DNA of 64,000 bases from Omnitrophica bacterium GWA2_41_15 (GCA_919902675.1 CAKKRH010000007.1:12942-76941), one strand, 5' to 3'. Shown: positions 51,421 through 61,743, counted from the first letter of the stretch. Notes: a model not told the origin generated them from the letters alone. Translations and numbers: made by a program.

Positions 51421-52656
51421 TCAGCGTGCGTCCTTATATGCGCTTAAAACCACAGCTATTTTTAATTTCTTTGCAATGTATATTAAATTATTCCTTGATA
51501 ATGAAGGATAATTAGGCATCCCTAAGACTTCATTAAATGCTTTTAAGGCCTCCGGATAAACTCTCTTTTCACCATAGAGAAATGGGCAATATCTCGCCAG
51601 ATTTTCATTAGTATCAATTCCATTTATTAATAATCGCCACATGAGCCTCTTTTTATCTTTGCTTCTCACTACATAACTATAAGCCACGGGTGAAACATTT
51701 ACTTGTAATTTATAATAGCCTCTATTATCACTATCGCAAAAATCATCGATTAATGCACTATTCTCTATTCGCTTCCTATTGTTGATATCAACAATCCCTA
51801 TCTGCTTTAACCCAAATAATGCCTGCAAATTGGATAATTTTGTTATAGATTTTTTACCTATAAACATTTTCTTAATTGTCATGCTATACACTGTTGACAG
51901 ATTTATTCCTATAACTTTTAATATTATAAGACACGGAAAAACAAACAAGCTAAAGAATAACGGCCTGGTAACAAAATAAAGAAAATATGATATACAGATA
52001 TTTTTTATTAAGTCAATCCTTGTGATTGAAGGCAAATATTTTATTCTTTTTTTTATTTTATCTGCTAATAATGGATCGTTAGTAGCAATCATTCCTCCAC
52101 CAAAAGTATTAAAATGTTTTACCGTGGCAAAGCTAAAATAGGATGCTCTCCCGAAAGAACCAACTTTCCGACTCTTATACAGCGCTCCAATGGAATGAGC
52201 GCAATCTTCTAAAACAATAAGATCATATTTCTTAGATATAGATAATATTGATTCAATATCACAAGGCCTGCCGAATAAATGCGTTGCGATGATTACTTTC
52301 GTTCTTACGGTTATACTTTCCTCTATTTTTTGTATATTAATATTGTAATCAATTGGGTTCACATCAACGAAAACCGGCATGAATCCGCATTCAACGATAG
52401 TCTGCAAAACACTTTCATCGGTAAAAGCGGGGATTACTATCTCCGATCCATTATCCAAAGAAAGCGCTTCCAATATTATCTTTAAACCCACCCTGCCGGA
52501 TGAGACAGAATTTGCAAACTTTACGCCAATATACCGCGCGAACTTTTTTTCGAATTCATCGACAAAATTTCCCTCTATCCATTTTCCTGTGAGAAGACTT
52601 AAAAAGATATCTATAAATTGGCCTTTATAAATAGTTATACTTCTTCTAGGGAACAT
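51421..52656 (-). CDS. DegT/DnrJ/EryC1/StrS-family sugar aminotransferase with an unusual hydrophobic insertion
   Basis: GNFVDEFEKKFARYIG, IATHLFGRPCD, EDCAHSIG and FSFATVKHFNTFGGG (PLP Lys context) are present. The ATG at 52656 lies 1 nt after the upstream stop (the track starts at 52725). Confidence 0.75.
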   Translation of the reverse strand: MFPRRSITIYKGQFIDIFLSLLTGKWIEGNFVDEFEKKFARYIGVKFANSVSSGRVGLKIILEALSLDNGSEIVIPAFTDESVLQTIVECGFMPVFVDVNPIDYNINIQKIEESITVRTKVIIATHLFGRPCDIESILSISKKYDLIVLEDCAHSIGALYKSRKVGSFGRASYFSFATVKHFNTFGGGMIATNDPLLADKIKKRIKYLPSITRIDLIKNICISYFLYFVTRPLFFSLFVFPCLIILKVIGINLSTVYSMTIKKMFIGKKSITKLSNLQALFGLKQIGIVDINNRKRIENSALIDDFCDSDNRGYYKLQVNVSPVAYSYVVRSKDKKRLMWRLLINGIDTNENLARYCPFLYGEKRVYPEALKAFNEVLGMPNYPSLSRNNLIYIAKKLKIAVVLSAYKDAR

Positions 52657-52657
52657 C

Positions 52658-53725
52658 TTAAACCTCGCAGCTCTTATAACAAATTCCCATAAAACGCCGA
52701 ATCGCTGAAATAAAAGATCCGACATCCAAAGAACCGATTAAATTTAACTCTACAGCGCTATGAGTCCAACAAGACCGGCATTGAGATACTTCTGAGTCAG
52801 AATTATTCTCCAAATGCTCAAGCTTTCTTACCCGTTGTCTTTCTTTATTTAATCCCCATCCGCACGCATACATGCTTCCATTAGTTTCCATTCTAAACAT
52901 AATTTTCCCGGCTAAACACGACAGCTTCCTCTCTTCCGGAAAGCTATACAAATGTTTGAGATTGGCGATTGAATTTAGAATAAATCTGTTACCGCTAAGC
53001 TTTTTGTTAATTAAATATGCGATAATTTCCTTATAAGTTCGCTCGATGGGAGATAAATGATTAATCTCTCTGGAACCTAAACAGCACAAAGAAGCCGGCT
53101 GAAAACCTATTTCTATCTTATAATCTTCAGCTAAAGCAAGTAAAAAATCAATATATTTAAAATCTGAATTCAATTTTGAAATCACTGTTGTCAGCGAAAC
53201 CGGGACATTCTTATTCTTTGCTATTTCTACGGCTGTAATGGTTGATTTAAAAGCGCCCTTTCCTCTCAAGGCATCATTAATTCCTTCAGGGCCGTCTAAA
53301 CTTAAATTCAACCTACTTATACTGCGCAAACAATCAATCTTATCTTTCAATAAAATTCCATTTGTATTTAAGCTATTGATTAAGCCTCTTTCGCTTGAAT
53401 GGTCAAGGATGCGTCCTATGTCATCTCTCAATAAAGGCTCTCCTCCCGTAAAGCTGATATACCTCGTTCCGCGCGAATAGAGCTTATCGATGATATTACA
53501 CACTTCAGAAGTATTTAATTCCCTACCACTAATCTTCCACACATGACAATTAGCGCAATGCAAATTGCATCTGGTTGTTAACCTCCAGCTAATAAACAAA
53601 GGATATGCAATATTTAAAAACTTGAACTTTAATAAAGCCACCAAAAGGTTATCTTTTAATAGCTTTTTATACACCTTACCCATTTTACCCCTTGCTTGAT
53701 TGCGGTTAAAGTCAATGCGCGCCAT
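52658..53725 (-). CDS. radical SAM enzyme with Cys-rich C-terminal (SPASM/twitch-like) region, paralog A
   Basis: It has CNLHCANC (CX3CX2C), ISFTGGEPLL and LSLDGPEGINDALRGKGAF. The C-terminus carries LSCLAGK...NGSMYACGW...CRSCW. Confidence 0.8.
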   Translation of the reverse strand: MARIDFNRNQARGKMGKVYKKLLKDNLLVALLKFKFLNIAYPLFISWRLTTRCNLHCANCHVWKISGRELNTSEVCNIIDKLYSRGTRYISFTGGEPLLRDDIGRILDHSSERGLINSLNTNGILLKDKIDCLRSISRLNLSLDGPEGINDALRGKGAFKSTITAVEIAKNKNVPVSLTTVISKLNSDFKYIDFLLALAEDYKIEIGFQPASLCCLGSREINHLSPIERTYKEIIAYLINKKLSGNRFILNSIANLKHLYSFPEERKLSCLAGKIMFRMETNGSMYACGWGLNKERQRVRKLEHLENNSDSEVSQCRSCWTHSAVELNLIGSLDVGSFISAIRRFMGICYKSCEV

Positions 53726-53752
53726 CCGTTAAATATTACAAACCTATCAATA

Positions 53753-54967
53753 TTATAAGACTGATAATCGCATTAAAGCTTCGTTATATACTTCATCAAC
53801 AGTTATCGCACTTACGCATTTATTATCCTTACATGCAGACTTTCTGTAATTATATGCAGATATGCAAGGACTGCAGATAAATTGTTTATAGAATATCTTG
53901 CTTTTCATGCTCAGTGGCTTGTAAAGTAATGGTGTTTCGGGACCGAACAAAACAATTATTTCTATTGCCGTAAGGCTGGCCAAATGCACCGCTCCGCTAT
54001 CATGACTTATAAGAAGATTTGATATATGAAATAAGCCTAAAAGCTCTTTAATGGTTATTTTTCCCACAAGATGAATACACTGGGGATGCGGCACTGCTTT
54101 CTCAATTAACGCTATATCCCGCTGACGAATGTTATTACCTATAGTAATAACAAAAATGTTGGGAACGCTAAGAAAACGATTCGCCAATTGTATATAGCTG
54201 TCGAACGGCCATCTGCGTATTGGCAAAACATCATTAATACAGGGATGCACTAAGATTATTTTGGAATCCCTTTCTATTTGTTTATTATAGTTCCTTAATT
54301 TTAACCACATCGCATTCTCTCTTTCTTTATTTACTTTTACTTGAAGAGAAAAAAACTCATTACTCATCAAGAACTCTTTTAGAAAGGGTTCATGTGAATG
54401 CGCCTTTAGCGCCTGCGCAAGCGCTAAAAAGTTGTTACTCATATGCATATAATGATTGTAGTTTACTTTGTGTGTAAGTAAATTCCCCCGATAAGGGTTT
54501 TTTGCTGAAAAACCATAAAAACCCACCCTAACCCTTGCGCCGGATAAATAACTGAGAAAACTGCTAAACCTTGAGAAGAGCTCAAAATCAATAATAACGT
54601 CAATCCTTTCTTTACGAATCCTCCATACATTCTTTATTATATCAATACATAAACAAAGAAAATTATCCTCTCGCATAGCAATGACATTCTCTTCTGGGAA
54701 TATACCCAAAATTGGCACGATATCCTTATTTTTATTAAAAATCCATAAATAAAGCTTACTATGTGGAAATAATGCTTGCACTTTTTTCATTGCAGGGTAT
54801 CCCAGGATAACGCTGCCTATCTCTGAAAGTTCTAAAAATAATATATTTTTAGGATCGCCGTTCGCGTGAGAGCAGAAAATGCTTTTTAGCGTATTTAAAA
54901 GAGACAGCGCCATGCAAAGAGGTATCCCGAGCCAAAAATCAATCCTCCTTGCGATGGTAATATTCAT
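53753..54967 (-). CDS. family 9 glycosyltransferase (heptosyltransferase-like)
   Basis: LFLELSEIGSVILGYPAMKK is the N-domain. The C-domain ISHDSGAVHLASL...LFGPE matches the GT9 D(S/T)GxxH(L/I)A motif. Confidence 0.7.
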   Translation of the reverse strand: MNITIARRIDFWLGIPLCMALSLLNTLKSIFCSHANGDPKNILFLELSEIGSVILGYPAMKKVQALFPHSKLYLWIFNKNKDIVPILGIFPEENVIAMREDNFLCLCIDIIKNVWRIRKERIDVIIDFELFSRFSSFLSYLSGARVRVGFYGFSAKNPYRGNLLTHKVNYNHYMHMSNNFLALAQALKAHSHEPFLKEFLMSNEFFSLQVKVNKERENAMWLKLRNYNKQIERDSKIILVHPCINDVLPIRRWPFDSYIQLANRFLSVPNIFVITIGNNIRQRDIALIEKAVPHPQCIHLVGKITIKELLGLFHISNLLISHDSGAVHLASLTAIEIIVLFGPETPLLYKPLSMKSKIFYKQFICSPCISAYNYRKSACKDNKCVSAITVDEVYNEALMRLSVL

Positions 54968-55035
54968 CTAAAGTTATGCCATTTACACATGCGCCAAAGA
55001 ACCTTATCTTACGCAAAAACATCTTTACGAAAAAA

Positions 55036-56445
55036 TTAGTCTTTAACCATGCATGACGTAATATGGTTCATTAAAATGCTTAAGCCGTTCCGAAGCTTGC
55101 TTCTTAAATCTGATAAATTATGCAGACAATATATTCTCTCCATAAAATAAGCGGGCCTAAGGTAAAAAGAGCGTATTGCTTCCTGCCTTAAAGACCAAAT
55201 TTCGGCGCGATTAAGATGCTTTGTTTCAATTGTCGGATAGCTAATGCCGCTATCCATGAAACACAAACTATCCTCTACCATTGAATTCTCGATTAGCTTC
55301 TTTCTCAGTTCAGTGCCGTACGATGGAGTAAAAATATTAAACGAGGCATAATCGCAACCTATCTGTATGGAAAATTGAATAGTTTTTTTAATCATTTCTT
55401 TATTATCTCCTGGCAACCCAATGATAAATGTACCGACAGTATCAATACCAAACCGTTTGCACAAGGAAAACACTTCTTTAGTTTTTTGTAAATCTAACTT
55501 TCTGTTAAAATTTGATAGCAATTCCTGGCTTAATATTTCTACCCCGAAAATAATAGTGTGGCAACCCGCCTTTTTCATTGTTAAAAGTAATTCTTCATCC
55601 ATTATATCTGTTCGACTAAAACATATCCAACCAATATTAATATTATTATTTATGATTTCCTCGCAAAGAAGAAAGGCTCTTTGCCTGTCCGCAGCAAATG
55701 TTTGGTCCTTAAAGACAATTTCATGTATCTTAATATCCTTAATAAATTTGATTTCCTCCATTACCCCGCTTATTTCTCTTTTTTTATATCCAAAACGATT
55801 AACTACACAATAGCTGCATTTAAAAGGACAACCAAAATCTGTCATAACTGTAGCGAACCGCCTGCGCCTTGCGAAAGGAAACCCGTAGTTTCTATTTTTA
55901 AATAAATCATGGCGCGGAGTCGGAATTGAGAATACACCTGAAGCATGTAATTCTCTCCTCATTACGATATTTTCCTTATCTTTAAAAATAATGTTAAAGT
56001 ACGCGGAATCCTTTTTCTTAATGAACGACACGATGTCATTCGTGGTAAAATCTAAAAGGATGGCATCCATGAAACTATTATTCTCAAGCAATTCTTTCCC
56101 GTAATCTATAAAAATATCCCCTATCCCAACCATTAAACATTTTATTTTTGATTTAATCTTCCATAGAAAAGGCATGTCGCTTCCTAGAGACACAGCCCCT
56201 GAAAGAAATATAATTACCTCAGGATTAATTTTTATTATTCTCTTGAGAGATTCACTACTGTTTAATTTTTCCGTAATACAATCAATAATAAAAATATTAA
56301 AGTGCGCGGATAAAATTCCACTTAATATAATAAAATCTATCGGATGATAGCAATAAGAGGCTTTGGAAATTTTACTGCAATAATAATCCCTCATAAACAA
56401 ACTCCTGCCGGGCGGATTCAACAAAAGAACTTTTATTCTATTCAC
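55036..56445 (-). CDS. B12-binding-domain radical SAM enzyme (class B)
   Basis: It has an N-terminal Rossmann-like cobalamin-binding region (KVLLLNPP...IIFLSG...MVGIGDIF), followed by CPFKCSYC and a radical SAM core. Confidence 0.8.
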   Translation of the reverse strand: MNRIKVLLLNPPGRSLFMRDYYCSKISKASYCYHPIDFIILSGILSAHFNIFIIDCITEKLNSSESLKRIIKINPEVIIFLSGAVSLGSDMPFLWKIKSKIKCLMVGIGDIFIDYGKELLENNSFMDAILLDFTTNDIVSFIKKKDSAYFNIIFKDKENIVMRRELHASGVFSIPTPRHDLFKNRNYGFPFARRRRFATVMTDFGCPFKCSYCVVNRFGYKKREISGVMEEIKFIKDIKIHEIVFKDQTFAADRQRAFLLCEEIINNNINIGWICFSRTDIMDEELLLTMKKAGCHTIIFGVEILSQELLSNFNRKLDLQKTKEVFSLCKRFGIDTVGTFIIGLPGDNKEMIKKTIQFSIQIGCDYASFNIFTPSYGTELRKKLIENSMVEDSLCFMDSGISYPTIETKHLNRAEIWSLRQEAIRSFYLRPAYFMERIYCLHNLSDLRSKLRNGLSILMNHITSCMVKD

Positions 56446-56449
56446 TGCG

Positions 56450-57280
56450 TTAGCTCGAGATTAAATTCTTATCACATTGAAAATACCTATCCATCATTAT
56501 AATTATCCCAAAAAAAGATACAATTAAAAAACCTAAAAATTTGCTCATTAAAATACACTCTCCCGATAGCAAACAGAAGCCTAAAATATATAACAGCAAT
56601 AATATTCCTCTTGAAGGCTTGAAAAGAAAAGACAAAATCAATATTTTTATCAAGCTAATGAATCCAGATTTAACTGAAACTTTACTACCCTTACGCGAAT
56701 AAACATTGACAGGAACGAACTTTATTCTATGCATATTAAATATAAACAATACTGTACTAGTTGTGGTAAAAGAAAAAGTATCGGGAAGAAGGTCCAGGTA
56801 TTTTAAAATAATGCTTTTTTTATAAATTCTTAAGCCGGAATTTATATCTGGTATCTTAAAACCAACCGCAATATCAGCAAAAATATTTAATATGCGCCTC
56901 CCCGCGTTTTTCCACGAATAGAGATCAGTTCTCCCAACCCTTTTTCCCACAACCATATCAAAGGAATCAATATACCGCAACAGCGACTTAATATCCTTCA
57001 CATCATGCTCCCCATCCGCGTCTATTGATATAATTATATTATTTTTAGCGAGCTTAATCCCTGATTTCAGCGCCGCTCCATATCCCTTATTAATATGATG
57101 CTGGATAACCTTAACGTTAAAACCTTTAATTTTATTTATAGTGTCATCCGTTGAACCATCATTAATAACAATAATCTCCGAATCATAATAATTTTCCTGA
57201 ATATCAAGTAAAACTTTTTGAAGGGATGGTCCCTCATTATAAACAGGTATTATAATCGTAATTTCTTCGACTGTTATCAT
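56450..57280 (-). CDS. family 2 glycosyltransferase with C-terminal TM helices (GtrB/ArnC-like polyprenyl-phosphate glycosyltransferase)
   Basis: ITIIIPVYNEGPSL...SEIIVINDGSTDDT...ISIDADGEHD are present. Two predicted C-terminal TM segments (ILILSFLF...LLLLYILGFCLL; FLGFLIVSFFGIIIMM) follow. Confidence 0.75.
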   Translation of the reverse strand: MITVEEITIIIPVYNEGPSLQKVLLDIQENYYDSEIIVINDGSTDDTINKIKGFNVKVIQHHINKGYGAALKSGIKLAKNNIIISIDADGEHDVKDIKSLLRYIDSFDMVVGKRVGRTDLYSWKNAGRRILNIFADIAVGFKIPDINSGLRIYKKSIILKYLDLLPDTFSFTTTSTVLFIFNMHRIKFVPVNVYSRKGSKVSVKSGFISLIKILILSFLFKPSRGILLLLYILGFCLLSGECILMSKFLGFLIVSFFGIIIMMDRYFQCDKNLISS

Positions 57281-58079
57281 AATTTTGATTAAAGAAAATA
57301 TTCCGTATTGAATTAAATTTAAAATCTTTTAATAAATTATTCAAATAAATTCTTGTTGCCGATGAACGAAAACTACTTTTAAATTCATTCAAAAAAGATA
57401 AACGCGGTCTGTCTATTTTACCTCGAACTAATTCCCACGGATGGATATAAACAAGCACTCTTTTACTCTTTTCATTCTTATGCCTCATAAGATAATTTGT
57501 AAGAAAATAAGGATACGCTCTCAAAAAAAAACCGCCGGCGAATGGTATTGAGATATTTAAAACAGTAAATGATGACCGTGGAATTTCAATCAAGCCGGAC
57601 GGAATTCTATATTTATTTTTTTTAAAGAAGCCCTCCGTCATGCTTGAATCATACAAGAAACCTAAATCTTGTAATATTTCTAAAGCCCAAAAACATGAGA
57701 GATCTAATGACCAATTAGGCGCTCTATACCCAAGTATTTTCATTCCCGATAAGTCCTCAAGCAATTTTTTCGAATATTCAACTTCTTTTCTAAATTCTAA
57801 AGGCTTTTGGCGAAAAATTAAGTTGTGGTAATAACCATGCAAAGCAATTTCATGGCCATCAACCTTCAATAAATTTATTATCTCTGGATGGCGACGGACA
57901 TTATAGGCAAGAATAAAAAATGTTGCCCTTGTGTTAATTTTCTTTAGAACACCTAATATTTCTAAAAGAGATTCTATTAATTGGCTTTTTCTTGCATCCC
58001 AGGAAAAAATGCTTATCTTCGAATTATACGATAAAGTCTGATACCAATCTTCAACATCGATTGTTAAGATATTGCGCAT
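57237..58079 (-). CDS. polysaccharide deacetylase (NodB-homology) family protein
   Basis: The N-terminus MRNILTIDVEDWYQ and HEIALHGYYH are typical of the DUF3473-associated deacetylase subfamily. It overlaps the next gene by 44 nt. Confidence 0.75.
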   Translation of the reverse strand: MRNILTIDVEDWYQTLSYNSKISIFSWDARKSQLIESLLEILGVLKKINTRATFFILAYNVRRHPEIINLLKVDGHEIALHGYYHNLIFRQKPLEFRKEVEYSKKLLEDLSGMKILGYRAPNWSLDLSCFWALEILQDLGFLYDSSMTEGFFKKNKYRIPSGLIEIPRSSFTVLNISIPFAGGFFLRAYPYFLTNYLMRHKNEKSKRVLVYIHPWELVRGKIDRPRLSFLNEFKSSFRSSATRIYLNNLLKDFKFNSIRNIFFNQNYDNSRRNYDYNTCL

Positions 58080-58101
58080 ATAATATACTATTCAAAAAAA
58101 C

Positions 58102-59808
58102 CTATAAGCATTCACCCATATTTTGAATAAGATGCTTACAATTAATAATGATAAAATCATCATTCTCGTAGACTTTGTATTCTTGCGAAATATTTAACAT
58201 AATAAAGTTATTTCCAGTATTTTCTGAAAGAATATGTATTATCTTAGTATTAAAAGGCTCAAAGTAAAAATCTTTTTTGTATAAATATTTCTTTTCGAAA
58301 TGCCCCTTCTTCACTACAAGATAGTCGATGCGATATCTTCTGCAAATATTCACTGCTTCATCTATTGAGTTTGAATAATACAGCCTGAAAAAATCATGCG
58401 TTCTTCTACTCACCATCAGGTAGTAATTCTTGTAAAAAGGATGCGACAATTCTTCTTGCACAAAAACTTTTCTCTTTGAATATAACGGAATTTCATTCGC
58501 GTCACTTGGATGCGCAGCCAAAAGAGAATCTTTAGGAAGGGTGGACAGAAATTTATAAAGGTCTTTATTTCTAAAAGTGCAAAGGTCGCCATTCAGAAAT
58601 GGTAAAAATATAATAATTATAGATAGAGTTACTATAAACAACCTAAAAAAAGTTTTATAATTAAATTTCTCTATAACGTACCTATTTATAATTAATGCGG
58701 ACATGAAAATCGAATAGATTGGCAAAGAAAATTTTAAATACCGGCCCGGGTAAAAAAGTTTGAACAATAATAACCAAGATAAAACATACATCATTAAACT
58801 TGCGATCAAGAAAATGCTCAATATTAAATTAACCCTGATTTTATTTTTTAATATAAAAATTAATCCGCAAAATAAATTACCTATTAAAAACCAGGTCAAA
58901 AAATTATCTATAGGCATCCCAATCATTCTAGCCATGACATCTCGCTCAGTAAATATCCTATGCCAATTAACAAGAAAGGGGACCCTCCCGTCACTAAAAA
59001 ACTCTGGCATGGTAATAATGTCTTTAAAACTTACTAAGGGGCCCATGAAATTGTCACTCTTTATGTATAAAAAATACAGCACGATAGAGCCTATCATAGA
59101 TAGGCAACAGAGATAGCTTCTCTTATAAAAATTTTCTTCTTCAAGCTTCACCTTACCGAAAGAATTCTTAATGTTCCGCGCTATTAACACTATCAAGGTC
59201 AATATTGATATAAGCGCTACCGGAGGATAAAATAAAACCTGAAAAATAAGTATTATGCCCAGCAATACATAAGACCTCTTGATAAGATAATATATGAAAG
59301 ATAAGACCAGTGGAAAAGCAAAAGCTCGCGGATTTCCTCCCGAAAAATAAGTAAAAGTCCATGAATAAAGTATAAATATATTTGATGCCAAAAATCCCAC
59401 TGATATAGAATATAAAGCATTACCAATAAGAAAAACATAAATAGCTGATAGGCAGCAAAGAATAAATGGTAATATTTTTGTAAGGGCTAACGGGTCAAAA
59501 AAGATGCCAAACAAACTATATACAAAAATAGTTCCCGCGGTGTTATGCTTCATAGCATATTCGGCAAAGATATCATTCTGAAAAAGACTGGGATCTTTTA
59601 TCGCATAAAAAGGAAAGATATATTGATTAACATCATCATTAATAGTATATCTATCAAATAAGGCATCTTTTTGACAAATAAATGTTATGATCAGAGAAAT
59701 TGCGCCAATGACAGCAACATATTTTTTCCGCATCTTTCGAGTTTTTTGTGAATAATTTAGTGTATTTTTAAGCATTCTTGATAATTGTTTAGTCTTAGCA
59801 TAAAACAA
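58102..59808 (-). CDS. large polytopic membrane protein, candidate GT-C-type glycosyltransferase
   Basis: 568 aa with more than 10 hydrophobic segments. The first extracytoplasmic loop carries acidic NDD...DPSLFQND, and a soluble C-terminal domain follows. Family not recognised; the call rests on architecture and context. Confidence 0.4.
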   Translation of the reverse strand: MFYAKTKQLSRMLKNTLNYSQKTRKMRKKYVAVIGAISLIITFICQKDALFDRYTINDDVNQYIFPFYAIKDPSLFQNDIFAEYAMKHNTAGTIFVYSLFGIFFDPLALTKILPFILCCLSAIYVFLIGNALYSISVGFLASNIFILYSWTFTYFSGGNPRAFAFPLVLSFIYYLIKRSYVLLGIILIFQVLFYPPVALISILTLIVLIARNIKNSFGKVKLEEENFYKRSYLCCLSMIGSIVLYFLYIKSDNFMGPLVSFKDIITMPEFFSDGRVPFLVNWHRIFTERDVMARMIGMPIDNFLTWFLIGNLFCGLIFILKNKIRVNLILSIFLIASLMMYVLSWLLLFKLFYPGRYLKFSLPIYSIFMSALIINRYVIEKFNYKTFFRLFIVTLSIIIIFLPFLNGDLCTFRNKDLYKFLSTLPKDSLLAAHPSDANEIPLYSKRKVFVQEELSHPFYKNYYLMVSRRTHDFFRLYYSNSIDEAVNICRRYRIDYLVVKKGHFEKKYLYKKDFYFEPFNTKIIHILSENTGNNFIMLNISQEYKVYENDDFIIINCKHLIQNMGECL

Positions 59809-59903
59809 AAATGTTTACTACTTGGTTAAATTCTGAGAATAATATTTCGGTGTCCATGTATGGCGAAGCGCTGTCACATGTTCCGCTTTTTATCTCTGAA
59901 AAC

Positions 59904-61724
59904 TTATACACCGCTGAACATTAGAAAAGAAACACATAGAGAAATAATGGAAATCAATAAACCAACGTAAAAAGAAATCGGCAAATATGCTAATGAAATT
60001 AAATATTTTCCAACATGAGGACAATAAATACCTATTAAACCTTTGTAATCAGCTATCCTTCCTTTGTCGGCGTGCCAATACTTATGATAATTCTGGTTCA
60101 ACACAATTTTACCTGGGGTTTTAATATCAACCTCTAATAAAATAGAATTAGCTTTCAAAATTTTTAGCCGCGCCTTATTTTCAGGATTTAAACAATAAAC
60201 TTCCCCTTTGTATTCGGGATTCGTATATTTTTTATCTTGGAATTCTGAAAAATATCCATTAATATTGTATTCTTGTCCCGAATAATAACTGTTTCCCGGA
60301 TTAGAATATAAAATAATTGCGCCTGCGGACTCAATAAAATATTTGGGTATAGCACTCTGCCGCATAGGCAGCTCTGTATAAAAATCTATAGTTCCAACAT
60401 TTCTCAGGAGATTTAAATAGTGATTGCTCCTGAAGGTTCTAAGCGTATCTCTCGGCAGACCTATGCTTTCAACTTGATAGAAATCCGCTTCTTTCTTAAC
60501 GAGTGGGATTGGTTTCGTGAATATTTGATATTGCAATTTGATATTATTCCAATAGAGAGGAACAATGCCAACTAAAAATATAAATAATAAAAAAATGCTT
60601 TTGACGTTATTTTTACAGTTTAAAGATATGTATGTTAATAACTCTCCTGAAATGATTGCTGAGGTAAAAATAATATAAAAATCAAAATATTTATACCAGT
60701 TTTTTATCGATTTAAATACAGGTAAATATGAAAGAAAGGCGGACAAACTTATAGGAGAATCTATGGATAGAGCTATTAACGTGCACACTGCCAGTAAAAA
60801 AATCCAAACTATAATTTTACGCCTTATAAATATTATAGCAACCATACAAAGTATAAATTTTATGTAACCGCATTCAAAAAACAAACATTTTATCATATTT
60901 ACCGTCTTCTCAAGATAAAAACCTTGAAAAATCTGCGGTCCAACTATCCTGCTATTTACTCTTAATAATTCTACCATCGGCAGAAGTTTAATCATTCCAT
61001 AACATAAACTTAAAATTATTATTAACAGAAAAGTTACCAATCTCCTCATATTAATCACGTTCTTTTTTGTTCTAAATATTAACTCGCCAATAAAAAATAT
61101 GCAAAAAAATAGGCAAAATGTCATATAAGAAATACTTCCGGACATCAAAACAAAAGACAGCAACATTGCAGCTATAATAATATATCTTTTGTTGGTTTCT
61201 GCCTTTAGAATTATATAGAATATTAACGGGATATAAAAATACCAGAACTCGGTATAATTGCCATCTTTTAATCTCCTGGGGAACCAGCCATCTAATGTGA
61301 CCGATAATGTAGAAAACAAAACGGCCGGATAAGTAAATCTTAAAGCATATCGCGTCAAACAAAACATTCCAATCAGGCATATAGTATAAATTAAAAAAAT
61401 ATTTATTTTCAGCCCAAATAATTCTCCAAATAAAAGAGAATTTACTGCGAGCGGATTAAAAGCAGGAAAAGATGGATATGAAAAAATAGGGTATCCTCCT
61501 CCAAAAAAAGGACACCAGAGCGGGAACTGATGATAATTAATAAGACTATCTCTTAAAAATCGATGATAACTCATATGCTCCAGCCAATCATCATTCTCTA
61601 AATAACAATTTATATTCTTAAAGATTGGCAAACAGAAGCTCCCTATTACAATGAATAGAAATAAAAGAGCCAACAACTCTTTCTTATAACGACTAATTTC
61701 TCGAAGCTTGAGACCAATTTTCAT
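59904..61724 (-). CDS. YfhO-like polytopic membrane glycosyltransferase (GT-C)
   Basis: 606 aa. DDWLEHMSYHRFLRDSLINYHQFPLWCPFFGGGYP matches the YfhO N-terminal pattern. The C-terminus YHKYWHADKGRIADYKG...LAYLPISFYVGLLISIISL matches the YfhO tail. Confidence 0.6.
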   Translation of the reverse strand: MKIGLKLREISRYKKELLALLFLFIVIGSFCLPIFKNINCYLENDDWLEHMSYHRFLRDSLINYHQFPLWCPFFGGGYPIFSYPSFPAFNPLAVNSLLFGELFGLKINIFLIYTICLIGMFCLTRYALRFTYPAVLFSTLSVTLDGWFPRRLKDGNYTEFWYFYIPLIFYIILKAETNKRYIIIAAMLLSFVLMSGSISYMTFCLFFCIFFIGELIFRTKKNVINMRRLVTFLLIIILSLCYGMIKLLPMVELLRVNSRIVGPQIFQGFYLEKTVNMIKCLFFECGYIKFILCMVAIIFIRRKIIVWIFLLAVCTLIALSIDSPISLSAFLSYLPVFKSIKNWYKYFDFYIIFTSAIISGELLTYISLNCKNNVKSIFLLFIFLVGIVPLYWNNIKLQYQIFTKPIPLVKKEADFYQVESIGLPRDTLRTFRSNHYLNLLRNVGTIDFYTELPMRQSAIPKYFIESAGAIILYSNPGNSYYSGQEYNINGYFSEFQDKKYTNPEYKGEVYCLNPENKARLKILKANSILLEVDIKTPGKIVLNQNYHKYWHADKGRIADYKGLIGIYCPHVGKYLISLAYLPISFYVGLLISIISLCVSFLMFSGV

Positions 61725-61743
61725 ACGCTGCGCAATAAGTATC

